Of a DNA stretch of 64,000 nucleotides, positions 24,840 through 36,370 are shown one piece after another. The notes under the pieces are model-generated. The model had not been told where the DNA came from. It saw only the letters and a program-made list of their open reading frames with translations, and did not search any database. The position numbers and the translations under genes were made by a program. The first letter of the stretch is position 1. Each line of letters begins with the position of its first letter. The stretch is from Takakia lepidozioides (lineage: Eukaryota > Plantae > Bryophyta), in contig CM060734.1 in assembly GCA_030704615.1 (NCBI GenBank), forward strand, positions 52,204,001 through 52,268,000, read 5' to 3'.

Positions 24840-25284
24840 TCTTCACTGGCACTTGGTCTGAAAGTTACAGTCCAGCATCCAAAACCACCCCCAAAACCTT
24901 CTGGCTCCTCGGGGGCGGTAAGCGCAATGCACACCAGATATTCAACCACCAGCTACCAAATGCTTTTTCTCCTTGACTACTTAAGCAATTCCGACCGTTT
25001 CAAGAAGAAGAATCGCACATACAAGTGGACCGGAACCTACATTCCATCCTCTACATCTAGGATTCCCAGAATTCCGATCAGTGCAACCCCTTCTCTTCTC
25101 GGAAGCTGCCGGAGGAAAACGGAGGGACGCAGAGCTCCACGCCGCAGCGCCGAGCTCGGGCAGCCCAACAATTCAAGCGAGCCTCGCCAGGTTCGGTCCG
25201 GACCTCGTTTTGGACCGACGTGGTCCTCGACGGCCGCTCGATTCTACGATCGGGTCCAGATTCGGTAGCCGAGCCTCGACCAGT

Positions 25285-25330
25285 AGCCTCTGCGCCCACG
25301 TTGAGGCCTCATTTAACAGCCACGTGGAAA
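25285..25330 (-). promoter_or_regulatory. Likely fibrillin proximal promoter with ACGT boxes
   Basis: GCCACGTGG (G-box) near 25319 and CCCACGTTG near 25295, upstream of a GC-rich leader. Confidence 0.4.
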
Positions 25331-26062
25331 CAAGAGTGACCTAACATATTTTTTTATTTTTTTTGTTTTCTCTTTTTCAAAGGTATTAATGCTGTCTCAT
25401 CTTGCATCGTCCATGTCCAATGTGGTCACGATACATGGGCTTCTTTTCATCCAACTTAAAAGCCATCATCCTTAAACATGTCCAAAACTTGTTTAACCCC
25501 TCAGGGATGAGAGTATATCTCACTGTTGGGCGGTTCTCTGTATTCGTGACCAATAACCGGCGGGCCCGGTACGGATGTATACCCACTACACCGGAGGTTC
25601 TAAAGTGCAAGAAACTGGCGGGCCCCACATGCCCCCATAACCGCCTGGGTTTGGAACCGGGGAGGCATGAGACATTGTTTTTAACTAACCTAACCTGTGT
25701 GGGGTAAGATGAGACCCTCGGTTACAGTTAATTATACATGCTGGTAACCAGCGTTACTTGTTCTACATTTAGCCAGCATACCGACGTGTTTACCAGTGTT
25801 GTGCGGGTATATTGATTTCAATATACCCTTAGGGTATAAGTAAATTATTTTTGTCAAATCATTTACCCTCCGGGTATGGATAAATTGAAATCTCAAAAAA
25901 TTATTTACCCTCCGGGTATGGGTAAATCAACTTTTCAGATTTCTATATAACCCCCGGGTATGGATATATATGCCAAAATATACCCTGAGGGTATGAATAG
26001 TTTCCAGGTATGGATAGTTTTTTTTTTTTTTTTTTTAGTCAAACTCTTTTTTATTTTTTTAC

Positions 26063-26594
26063 CTCTTATAACATGAAGGTGGACACCTTCATGACACACC
26101 AGACGGTGGTTTGAACCCCCTGGTATGTGCCCATTACCACTTGGCTCTCCACCCACCCATTCCAAATTTCTGGAAGCTTTTTGCCAATAGGCTGTCCAGT
26201 CATTGATTTTCCTCATGTAGTCATCATAATAATGGCTTTCCTCCAACTGGATGGAGAACTTAGCGTGATGCATCTCTTCCGCAAAAGGGACGCATTTATG
26301 GTTGCCATGTTTGGCAAGATATGGAAAATTACAATTACCGAGGAATAATACTACTTCCTCAGAGTCAGCAAGGGTATTCCACAATGTACCGTGGAAATTC
26401 GTAGCAGGAGGAAGGCGTTTCCAAGTATTACCAACGTTTATCGCATGGTGCAGGTTGGATGAAAACATGTTGTAGATATGATTGCGTTTCACCTCGAACG
26501 GAACCTCCTGTTCCAGTTCCTTGGCTGTTGAACTGTTAGCATTCTTCTTGTGTTCCTTGGACTTTAACTTGTCGGAGTTCTGTTCGATAGACAT
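26063..26594 (-). other. Orphan open exon, about 177 codons, unknown product
   Basis: Stop-free frame from ATG 26594, with acceptor TTTGCAG near 26618 and donor GAG|GTAAAA near 26063. No family recognised. Confidence 0.35.
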
Positions 26595-27357
26595 TGTCTG
26601 TTTGTGTGTATATATCCTGCAAATGGTCCTATTTTTAATTTATCATATGTGTGTTCCTTGGTAGAGATACCTTAGTCTAACCATCTAGATGTGCAACAAG
26701 CTTCTATGTCCTCGTTACTTTTGTGTGAGAGCTATGGCACATGGCACCATCACCACTTTAGGGAAGGTGGGCTCCACAGAGTTCAAAGAACAGCTACTTC
26801 ATTTTGTAAGTCTCTGTCTCTCTATCTGGGTCAATTATAGTTTCTTATTCCAGATGAGTTAACGTCACATCAAAATCTACTTGATGATGGAAGAGTGTGG
26901 TTTCCATTTTCCTGAATTGGCTATGCCAGAAGGCCAAGTCTTAGCCTCTCTCATCAACTGTCAGGAGCCTTCTGAAGATGCTCTGGGTACCTCTAGCTCT
27001 CAAGATGATCGTAGCAAAGGTGGACATAATCTGAGTTTCCAGAATATGTTTTCAAAACCTCCATGGCGATAAATCCTTGTTGTATTTAAGAAACAACAAA
27101 GCCCTTACGGCTGTTTTGGCATCACAGTCCTTGGTGCAGCTAGGGTTACTTATGGCCCTACCTATGCTGATGGAGATCGAGATTGAAAGACGTTTTCAAC
27201 TGCCTGAATATTAGGAAAGAAAGAACTAACCTCAAATCAAACCGACTCTCTCTCTTTCTCTCTCATTGTCCAGGATATTCTGACCAGATAGTGACCCTCT
27301 GCAGGACAATCAAGAACAATGTTCTTGCACCTCTATTCACCAACTTTCAAAATCACC

Positions 27358-28309
27358 GCGCAGGATGGAGGCCTTGGAGACCTATGAGCAGATGATGGGG
27401 GAAGGGGCGAAGTGCAACCACATCACGTTTGTGTGCATTTGCAATGCTTGTGCAAGCCTGGCAGCCCTGGAAAAGGGCAAAGGGGTGTATGGTGACATCA
27501 TCAAAGCTGGAATTGTAGCAAGGTTGCAATGCGTGTGCAAGCCTGGGAGCCCTGGAAAATGGGAAAGAGGTCCATGGTGACATCATCAAAGTTGGAATTG
27601 CACCAGATTCATCCTGAACACTGCCCTGGTGGACATATGCCAAATGTCGGTGGATCGAGGATGCAAAGAGAGTTTTCAACACTGTGGTTGAAAAAAATGT
27701 GATGTCGTGGAACGCGATGCTTGCAGGGTATGCACAGCAAGGCGGGATGGAGGCTTCGGAGACCTCTGAACAAATGATGGGGGAAGTGGTGAAGCCCTCA
27801 TGGAGTGCAATGATTGCAAGATATGCTCAACATGGATCTGGTACATAGGCATTCAAAATGTATGAGCAAATGTTGAGCGAAGGGGTGAAGCCCAACCACA
27901 TCACATTTGTTTGTGTTTGCAATGTGTATGAAAGCCTGGGAGCCCTGGAAAAGCAAGGACAATGTGGTGAGGGCACCTTCTTCGTCGACTTCTTTCAGCC
28001 TGTTTTGCGCTCTCATCAGACTCAGTCCTGAGACGCATATTGAATTCTGTAAGTTAGTTCGTTGGGTGGATCTGTGGTGGTTTGGAATGACTTTGCCATC
28101 ACAGTGAGAAGCTGGCCATTGGTTTTGGGCTGATCAGCACAATCCCTAGGATGCCTCTTCGTCTCATCAAGAATCTTCGAGTGTGTGGTGACTGCCACAC
28201 TTCCACCAAATTCATCTCAAAGATTGTTGGTCGAGCAATTGTTGTATGGGTCACTAACCGCTTTCACCACTTTGAAGATGGGATTTGTTCTTGTGGTGAT
28301 TACTGGTGA
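27358..28309 (+). pseudogene. PLS-class PPR-DYW fragment
   Basis: Broken P/L/S motifs (NHITFVCICNACASLAALEKG, ALVDIYAKC, NVMSWNAMLAGYAQQG). Open DYW C-terminus HSEKLA...[10 protein letters not shown]...[16 protein letters not shown] at 28100-28309. Confidence 0.9.
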
Positions 28310-28809
28310 AAGGATGTTTTCTTGCCAACATGCAAGTGTCTTGCTTCATTCATTGATCTGTGTAGCTACTCAGACCATCCACCATTTCCTCAGAGTCTTG
28401 ACCATCATGTACTGCCAGAGAGGGCTGGAGGATCAGATGAGGGTTTGACAGATTCAACAAAAATCATTAACAGAGGGTGGCTGAACACTGGGGATTCTAC
28501 TGCTCACAGTCTCGAATGTGCATGGAGGAAGTCCAAAACACCGGATGGGATGCCTTCCCTTCCTCACCCATACATTCTGTTCCTGTCAACAATGGCTGAG
28601 ATGCTATCCCTTGCAATTCTACAGTTAATGTTGAACACAATCTGTCAGGTGGGTGGTCACTCTCCAACACTGTAATGAGCCCCAGTTGTGTTCCTTCTGG
28701 GACATAAACAGACAAGAATTGTGGCTGGCCAGTCATGGAGGCAAATAATGAAGTCAGAGCCATGTCATCACATTAAGTCCTCATTGGTATGGACCGGCTA
28801 AGCAGATTT

Positions 28810-29360
28810 GGTGTCATGGAACGCCATGCTTGCAGGATATCCACAGCAGGGCCACGGGATGGAGGCCTGGGGGAAAGGGTGAAGCCCGACCACATGGAAT
28901 TGTACCAAATGTCATTATGGACACTGCCCTAGTGGACATGTATGTGAAATGTGGGTGCATTGAGGATGCAAATGGAGTTTTGACAATATGGCTGAATGAG
29001 ATGTAGTGTCGTGGAATCCGATGATCGCAAGATATGCCCAGCATGTTTTGATTCCATGAGTTAAAAAATCATGGCCTCGCTCCTACAATGGAGCATTTTG
29101 GCTGCATGGTGGACCTTCTTGGCCGCGCAGGTCGAGTGGAGGTGGCAAAGGACTTCATGAATAAAATGCCAAACGAACCAGTTGCTTCAGTGTGGCAGGC
29201 CTTGCTTGGTGCTTGCAGAATTCATGGCAAGGTGGAGGTGGCAGAAAGTGCAGCAAATGCCTTTCTAAATGGGATCCACAGGATGCTGTTATTTATGTGT
29301 TACTATCAAGGCTGACAGGCGGGACGATACTGCCAAGATGAGAAACATGTGGGAACAAAG
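28810..29360 (+). pseudogene. Second PPR fragment (PLS remnants plus E-domain region)
   Basis: ALVDMYVKCGCIEDA and EHFGCMVDLLGRAG...VWQALLGACRIHG motifs, with frameshifts. Confidence 0.88.
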
Positions 29361-30796
29361 TCACCACCCTGGCTTTGGTGGGGGAAACTCTTTACATTGG
29401 CTCCCAAGATAGAAAAATTCGGGTATGCTCTCTGTTCATTTCTATCGCAAATGAGAGAGATTATCATGGTAATGTTGAGAATGAGAAGATGTAGTCATTT
29501 TATGTTACTATGAATGTTGGTATTAGCTATCCTTGTGATTGTTGGGTACTATGTGCCCTTTGGTATGGCGGATTCAGCGTGGTTTCGAATGCGAAAGAGC
29601 GTTTCCTGCACTTTTCTCGGGGCTGATGGAGAAAGATAAAAGAATGCATTGTTGAGTGCATAGATTCATAAATAAATTGCTACGGACTAAGTTGTGACTT
29701 GTTTGCGCAGGCCTGGGCCCTGACAACAGACTTGACCTCTGATCAAGCCCTAATGTATTTTCTTAAGCATGTTCTATGATCACATGCTTAATACTAGACA
29801 CCCTAAGATACCAGATGTAGGGCTGAGTGTTGATCCAGTGTGATCTTGCACTCAAAAGCCTTCATCAATTTACTGTGACAGGAAATAAATGTAGTGACAG
29901 GTGCGATAATGACAATACAGGGAGGGTTAAAGTTGATGCAATCGAAGAAGCCTATACTATCCTAGTATACCAGGACTTGCTGTTCACAGCTGGGGCCTTT
30001 GTTGAGGGTGGCAGTGCTAAGGTTACTTAAGCTTTCAAACCTTTGACATTAAAACACCAAAAAAATATGATTAAGGAAGGATAATTTGTATAGCTGAATA
30101 TTGTTTGTTCTTAAGCTTAAGTTACGGTGAGTTATGTTGTGTTCAATTGAGTTTCAGAAATGCTTGTAACAATGTATTGAGCTCTACAAAGATATTTGCA
30201 TGTGTCTAATATGACTATGTGCAATACAAGTCTGGTCATTAAAGAATTCAAAAAATGCAAAAACTAGTGAGAGTGGTCGAGACCATCAGGTAGTACCTCT
30301 CTAAGTTAATTCTTACAATGTCCGTGTGTATACGCAAGTAATGACAATAGATTCTTGATGGTCCTTCAATGTCTGTACAAGACAAGACGAAAATTGTCAG
30401 GAAATACAAGTGTACAAGTGCTAAAGACTACTAACAGTAAGACTATTCCAACAAACATTTCATGTCACGATAAAGAGAAACCTTCCCATAGGTGCAAAAC
30501 TTCCATCTTCGCTTGTGGCCAAGCAGAAGGAAGTATTGAGAAAGGAGTTACTGGAAATTAGGCAAGAAAGGTGTGTCTGTTTGTCTCTAGAAAAACAATA
30601 GAACCATGTACAGTATAACATGTCTAGATCTCAATTGAGACTACATAATTCTTTTCACTGTCATTCATATGTTTACTAAGGCTCTTATGTGCTATTCTCA
30701 TTCATCCTTTGTCATTACAGTATTGTTGTAACCTGGGCAGAGAGCTATTCACACCTGATCCTCCCAAACATAATTATAGTAGGTACACAACGTATT

Positions 30797-31010
30797 TCTC
30801 TCCTCTCTCCTGTTCCGCTCAAACAAGGCTATGGCAAACAAACAACGTCTCTCTCTCCTTCTTTCCTGTTCCTCTCAAACAAGGCTTTGCTTGTAATGTC
30901 TCTTTCTCCTTTTGTCATGTTCCGCTCAAACAAGGCTTTGCTTGCAATGTCTCTCTCTCCTTCTCTCCTGCAGTTCAAGAAGTTCAAGAAGTTCAAGAAG
31001 TTCAAGAAAA
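30797..31010. repeat. About 51-bp tandem repeat x3 plus (GTTCAAGAA) x4
   Basis: TCTCTCTCCT...TGTTCCGCTCAAACAAGGCT recurs three times. Confidence 0.8.
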
Positions 31011-31389
31011 TCAAGAACATTGAGTGCCACCCGATGGTTTTGGGGTCAAATCCTGCTATTTAGACGCCTTTGTGGTGAGGTTGCTGTGGAAGAGGTTATT
31101 TTTTCCTATCACTATTAAGAGGCTTGATTTGTGAGCTGTCGCTCTCAGGTGGTTTTAAGAACTGTCATCAAGCTCTGTCGTAGGTTGGTCGAATTGTAGG
31201 GATGAAGATAATAAAAGCCTAAACCACCAACTTCCGGGGGCGATTCGGAGGTAAGAATTGAAAGGAAACCAAAGTTCAAATGAGCCTACTGCTCAACACA
31301 CACACCATCGAGGGGACAATGGGACAATGGGACAATAGAAGAATAATCATGAAGGATTGAACCCAGGATCACCCTGGTTATGCACTCTA

Positions 31390-32038
31390 TTCAAAGCAGG
31401 GGGGGTCTGTTTTCACAGTTTACATGAACCTCACAAGGAGGACTGATACCATAATTCACAGCAATCCCAGCAGATGAAGGGCCATGCAAGGAATAGCACC
31501 ATGACATCTTGCATCAAAAGAGCCAAGTGCTACCTGATTTGACCCAATATGGAGGTCATGGCACTTGTTCAAAGCAGGGGGGGTCTGTTTTCACAGTTTC
31601 CATGAACCTCACAAGGGGACTGATACCATAATTCACAGCAATCCCAGCTTATGAAGGGCCGTGCAAGGAACAGCACCATGACATCTTGCATCCAGAGAGC
31701 CAATTTTGACCTGATTTGACCCAATATGGAGGTCATGGCACTTGTTCAAAGCAAGGGGGGTCTGTTTTCACAGTTTACAGCCACCTTACAATGGGGGACT
31801 GATACCATAATTCAAAGCAATCCCAGCAGATGAAGGGTCATGCAAGGAACAACACCATGACATATTGCATCCAAAGAGCCAATTTCCACCTGATTTGACC
31901 CAATATGGAGGTCATGGCACTTGTTCAAAGCAGGGGGGGGTTCTGTTTTCACAGTTTACAGCCACCTCAAAAGGGGGTACTGATGCCATAATTCACAGCA
32001 ATCCCAGCTGAAGAAGGCACTTGCAAGGAACAGCACCA
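31390..32038. repeat. About 178-bp tandem array, 3.6 copies
   Basis: TTCAAAGCAGGGGGGGTCTGTTTTCACAGTT recurs at about 31390, 31567, 31745 and 31924. Confidence 0.92.
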
Positions 32039-32544
32039 CACACACACAAGCAGTCTCAAGCTAGCTACTGTGCATGAGTGGGATTTGACTTCCTCAACTA
32101 TAGTGGTTTCTGAAACACTCACATCATGAATGAGTAGATTTAAACACAGCAGTTCATTCAGTATCTGCCCAACACTTAATACTACACTGTAAACAATTAA
32201 TGATGGTGTCTACCATGTAGGCAAGTCCCTGCAAACATTTGCTACAACAGATTCAGTCAATCAGACTCCCCTACTACTAGAGTTCACATCACATGGCTGT
32301 CAACCAGTCTGTCAGAAAAAACCTTGAACTTAACTAGGTAGCAAAAAGAGGTGGAGCTAAACATTGTGAGGTCTAAGTACTAAAACACACAGCAAAGACA
32401 CCAATTTCCACCTATTGTCTTGGTACCATTCATCAAGGGGGGTGTTTCCTCCTTTGTAATATCCATACCATGTAACACAAGTATTGTTTTGGTTCCCTGC
32501 CAAAGCCAGTAGAGACTTAAATCACATAGTTGTAGAGACTTAGA

Positions 32545-33160
32545 TCACTTGTTTGCCTCAATGAATTCGCGGTACTCCCTTTTCATTTTGACACCAGCTA
32601 TATCCCTGCAAACAAGAACGACCCAGTTCAGCATAACTAACATTGTGCCTTTGTTATCAGCTCAAGAGCCATCCCACTCTGCGAAACCAAAACGAAATCT
32701 CTCTCTCTGACTCTCCTTGACTTTGTCCCTGTCCCTTATTGTGCCTTAGTTCCAAGAATTACCTTTGCCAGCTGTTTTAGTCTCAGATAATAATAGAGCT
32801 TCGGCTAGTGCCCTAGCTGTGTTTACGTGGCTACACTCTAAAACAAAACAGGGGCATTTGAACAGTTGAAGTGACTTGTGCGTGATAGAACCACTTTAAG
32901 CCGGTATGACCAAAAACCAGCATGCAGCCATCTTTGCCTAGACTATGCTGAGAAGGCCTGTATGCTCCTCTCCCATGAATAAAGCTTGACACCATGGTAT
33001 TCTTCATCCTTCTTCAGATGTCCAGGCAGTATGCAAAACAGCCTGAGGTCTGCACCTTATTAACAATAGGTTTGAGTGTTCGGCAAGGCCCGCAAGTAGG
33101 TGAAGTGTACAGGACCCCAAGCAACCGAGGGCTCTCATGATACAGTTTCCTTAGCGCGTA
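32545..33160 (-). pseudogene. NTRC: NADPH-dependent thioredoxin reductase C fragment: two thioredoxin-domain exons (33160-33056 and 32605-32545)
   Basis: [35 protein letters not shown] and the terminal DIAGVKMKREYREFIEANK*, both with intact splice sites. The intervening exon and the reductase domain were not found. Confidence 0.88.
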
Positions 33161-33937
33161 CTGTATAAAAGGAAGACAATTAGAGGACTCTTTGATGGAT
33201 ACAATACTACAAAACACCGATGCTTTATCGACATTTACTTTCACTCAAACACAATGGACCCACCTCTCAGTTCATGCTCAAATCAAAGGCTCTGTTGCGT
33301 TGAAATCGATAAAAAGAAGAGACAGGTCATCAAATCACCATCACTCGTACAGTAACTGGGCCCTAAACTTGCTGAAATATGTTCACTACCAAAACTAAGA
33401 GGACAACGTTCAGTCTATGATCACAGTTGTCCAGCACAGCATCATAGGCGATTAAACAGTAGGGCAATGAATGAATGAACACCACCAGGCTACAGTATCA
33501 CGAGAGCGACATGACCTCTTGGTTACTTGAAGATCTCCGGCAGCATATACACCCTCCACTGACGTATCAGTGCTGCTTTTTGATTCTTTCCTGTTGCCAC
33601 ATTAGCAGTAACATGTTAAGATCACTCCAAAACCACCATAGATCCACCAACAAGCTACCATGCAGAGTTCAACATCGGAATTTAGGGACGACTCTGATAA
33701 CAGGATCTCAGGGCCGAGTTTCATGAGAGGTTAAACAGGCTGAAACAGGTCGAAGAAGAAGGTACCCTCACCACATTGCGTGAAACCGACACAGGTCCAA
33801 ATTTTGCGGAATTTAAACCCCGAGGACTCCATGTAGCTGTGAAGCATCCGGCGGGATGCCATGTCCGCGCTCGAGCACGCCCTTCCCCGCGCTGCTTTTC
33901 GGGCATTTCGGGCAGGTTCCAAAGAAATTGACGACGA

Positions 33938-33990
33938 CGATGACGTGTCTACGATGACCTGGCTATGATGACGTGGCAAAGATGACGTGG
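33938..33990. promoter_or_regulatory. Cluster of GATGACGTG(G) ACGT elements
   Basis: Three GATGACGTG copies plus one GATGACCTGG within about 50 bp. Confidence 0.45.
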
Positions 33991-34174
33991 AACTATGGCA
34001 CCCTATTCCTGCTCTACGCTAAACTAGCTTCCGACCTTCAGTCGTCGCTAGAATAATTTAATGGTTCTAAAGAATATATGGTTTTTTTTTTTTTTTTTTT
34101 TTTAAAAAAAATTCAAAAAGGAAACCTTGGAGCGACTGCTCACAAGATGTTCTTCAATATGTACAAAACACACC

Positions 34175-34213
<39 letters not shown>

Positions 34214-34314
34214 AATCTATGGTAAAAGAGAAAATTGATAAGATATTGCATAATATTTTGGTGTTAATTTCCAATGCAAGATGGAGGAGGTTTGAGATTT
34301 TTAAAAAAACACAT

Positions 34315-34390
34315 CGGCTGGTAGCTCAGCTGGTAAGTGCACAGTGTCTGTCACTCAGGTGGTTCGGGGTTCGAACCCGTTGCCCTGCCC
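34315..34390 (+). mobile_element. tRNA-derived SINE head or pseudo-tRNA (Asp-like GTC loop)
   Basis: A box TAGCTCAGCTGG, B box GGTTCGAACCC and CTGTCAC loop. The acceptor and anticodon stems pair poorly. Confidence 0.65.
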
Positions 34391-36370
34391 TGTGTCTGGG
34401 ATTGTGTGACGGTATGTTTGGGCGTTGATCGTAGGTCTCATGGCCCATAAATGAAAGGGGGTTAATCTTTCCCCCTCCTCAAGGACCTGAATTGTGGGCT
34501 GTCAGGTTTCCTTATATATATGCGAGATCTGAAGAGGTATTGTTTGGGTTATATGACATTTAAGGAATGATATTTATGTAACATTTGTTTTAGCTGTGAT
34601 TGGAGCTTTCTTATAGCTCAAGGCTCCCTAACAACACAACAAAAAGAGAAAAGACCTAGCACGTAAAGTCTATGAAGGCACATAAAGGCCCTTATATACC
34701 CTGATTAGATATACCCTTCATTTTAACATATACCCTTCAGGAAAGTAGGGTATATTGAGCGTCTTGATGCAGGGTAAATACCCGGCGGGTATATCAGGGT
34801 AATTCATATACCCGCCCAACACTGGTGTTTACTCTCTTATACTTGGTACAATGATAAGGAAGAGGTCTTTGTGAATCATATGAATGCATACAAAGTGTGT
34901 TGGAATAAATTTAGAAGAGCTATAGTTCACCAAAGTGCCTAAGCCGTAAGGCTCTTCTAACCGTAACCGTTACAAGGACCGGCAATTCTATCCCAGTTAT
35001 TAGATTTATAATATATCCGAACCGGATTGGCTAACTGGCATATGAAAGTAGCCAAATAACCGGTGTGTATTAGAACCGGAAGACATGAAAAGACACAATA
35101 ACCGGCTCCGGTGGTTCTTGAAATCTTCAAAATCTAAATAACCTGAACCGGAGGTTCCTAGAAGACAGTCATAAAGAGAGAATCTGAACGGGGGGTTATC
35201 AAAAATATTACATAACCGCCCAACACTGGTATATCTCCCATTTGACAAACGTCCAAGGGGATGAACCGTTCCAAAGTCATCCTACCTACTTCATGCACCT
35301 GCAGTAAAAATTTCAGGAGATTTGACAGTCTCATTTGGAAGATTATAACAAAAGTTGTAGGCTAATTTTTTTTATTGGATATATTTTCAACATAAAAATT
35401 TGGTTTGACCAAGCAGATTGCCAACCTTTTTTATTTTTCATTGATACAGCCTACCCAGATTCAGATTATATGGCACCTACAGCAAAGCCTCCCAAAATTC
35501 CAGAGCCAAATTCCAAAAATGCATAATGGTTGCTTTGTATGGGAAAACAGGGGGGGTGAAAATGCCAATTTATGTCGTGGGATCCCCACATCCCCCCAAA
35601 TGTGGGGCAATTTGTGAGGGAATCCAAATTCCTCTAGTCATGTTGTTCTTAGCCTACCTACTGAGTACCTTGGAAAAAAAATTCCACATTCTAAGCTGTT
35701 TGCAGGCAGAGATTGCCAAAAAACCTCCTCCCTACTTGAATCCAAGCTCCGCCCAACAATTGCCGGAGCCGGTGGACATTTCCGGCCAAAAAATCGGGCC
35801 ACGTCATCACAAACCAACAAAGTCACGGGGGCTTGCCGTCGACCACCCAGAAAATGCCCGGGCCTCCACCCTGCGTTTCAGCGTTCTCCCTCCATAACCT
35901 GCCAACGGCCAACCGCGTCCCACATCCACACCACGAAGTATATTAAAAAACAAGAGCTATGAACTGAGGAGGAGTTGAACCCCCTGATCTGCCCATTGTG
36001 CAGATAGCCCCCCCCCACCCCACAAAAGCAGCAAACATCACCCCAAGCCAAGAAACCTCCCTAGCAAGCTGCCATGTCCCCCTTCCCCTTTCCCAAACCC
36101 CCAATGGTTAGCCCAAAAACAAGCACCCAAAACCTCCTCCCCACCCCAAAATGAAACACCCAAAACCCCCCACCCCCGCAACCGTTAGCCCCAAACAGTT
36201 CCCACGCCACCCTCAATCGCCAACACCCTGCCACACACAGACACCCACACACGCACTCCACAGCCGCCAACAGCACACCTGCCAACCCACCCCAACAGCC
36301 CATTGAACACCCAATGCACAAATAGATCACCAACACAACAAGCCCGAAGACAATCCAAGGTATGCAGCAG

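Larger units (their letters stand above)
25794..34824. mobile_element. Inner hAT-ended element, 9.0 kb, carrying host gene fragments (Pack-hAT candidate)
   Basis: TIRs CAGTGTTGTGCGGGTATAT...ATATACCCGCCCAACACTG, perfect TSD GTGTTTAC (25786-25793 / 34825-34832), and TACCC subterminal repeats. No transposase was seen. Confidence 0.88.
25521..35228. mobile_element. Outer hAT MITE (about 670 bp of its own sequence)
   Basis: TIRs CACTGTTGGGCGGTT...AACCGCCCAACACTG, perfect TSD GTATATCT (25513-25520 / 35229-35236), and TAACCGG subterminal repeats on both arms. Confidence 0.9.

Noticed and set aside
31390-32038. CRISPR-like or snoRNA array
   Set aside because: Whole units repeat with no unique spacers, the context is eukaryotic, and there are no canonical C/D boxes.
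34315-34390. Functional tRNA-Asp gene
   Set aside because: The acceptor and anticodon stems do not pair properly and there is no adjacent poly-T terminator.
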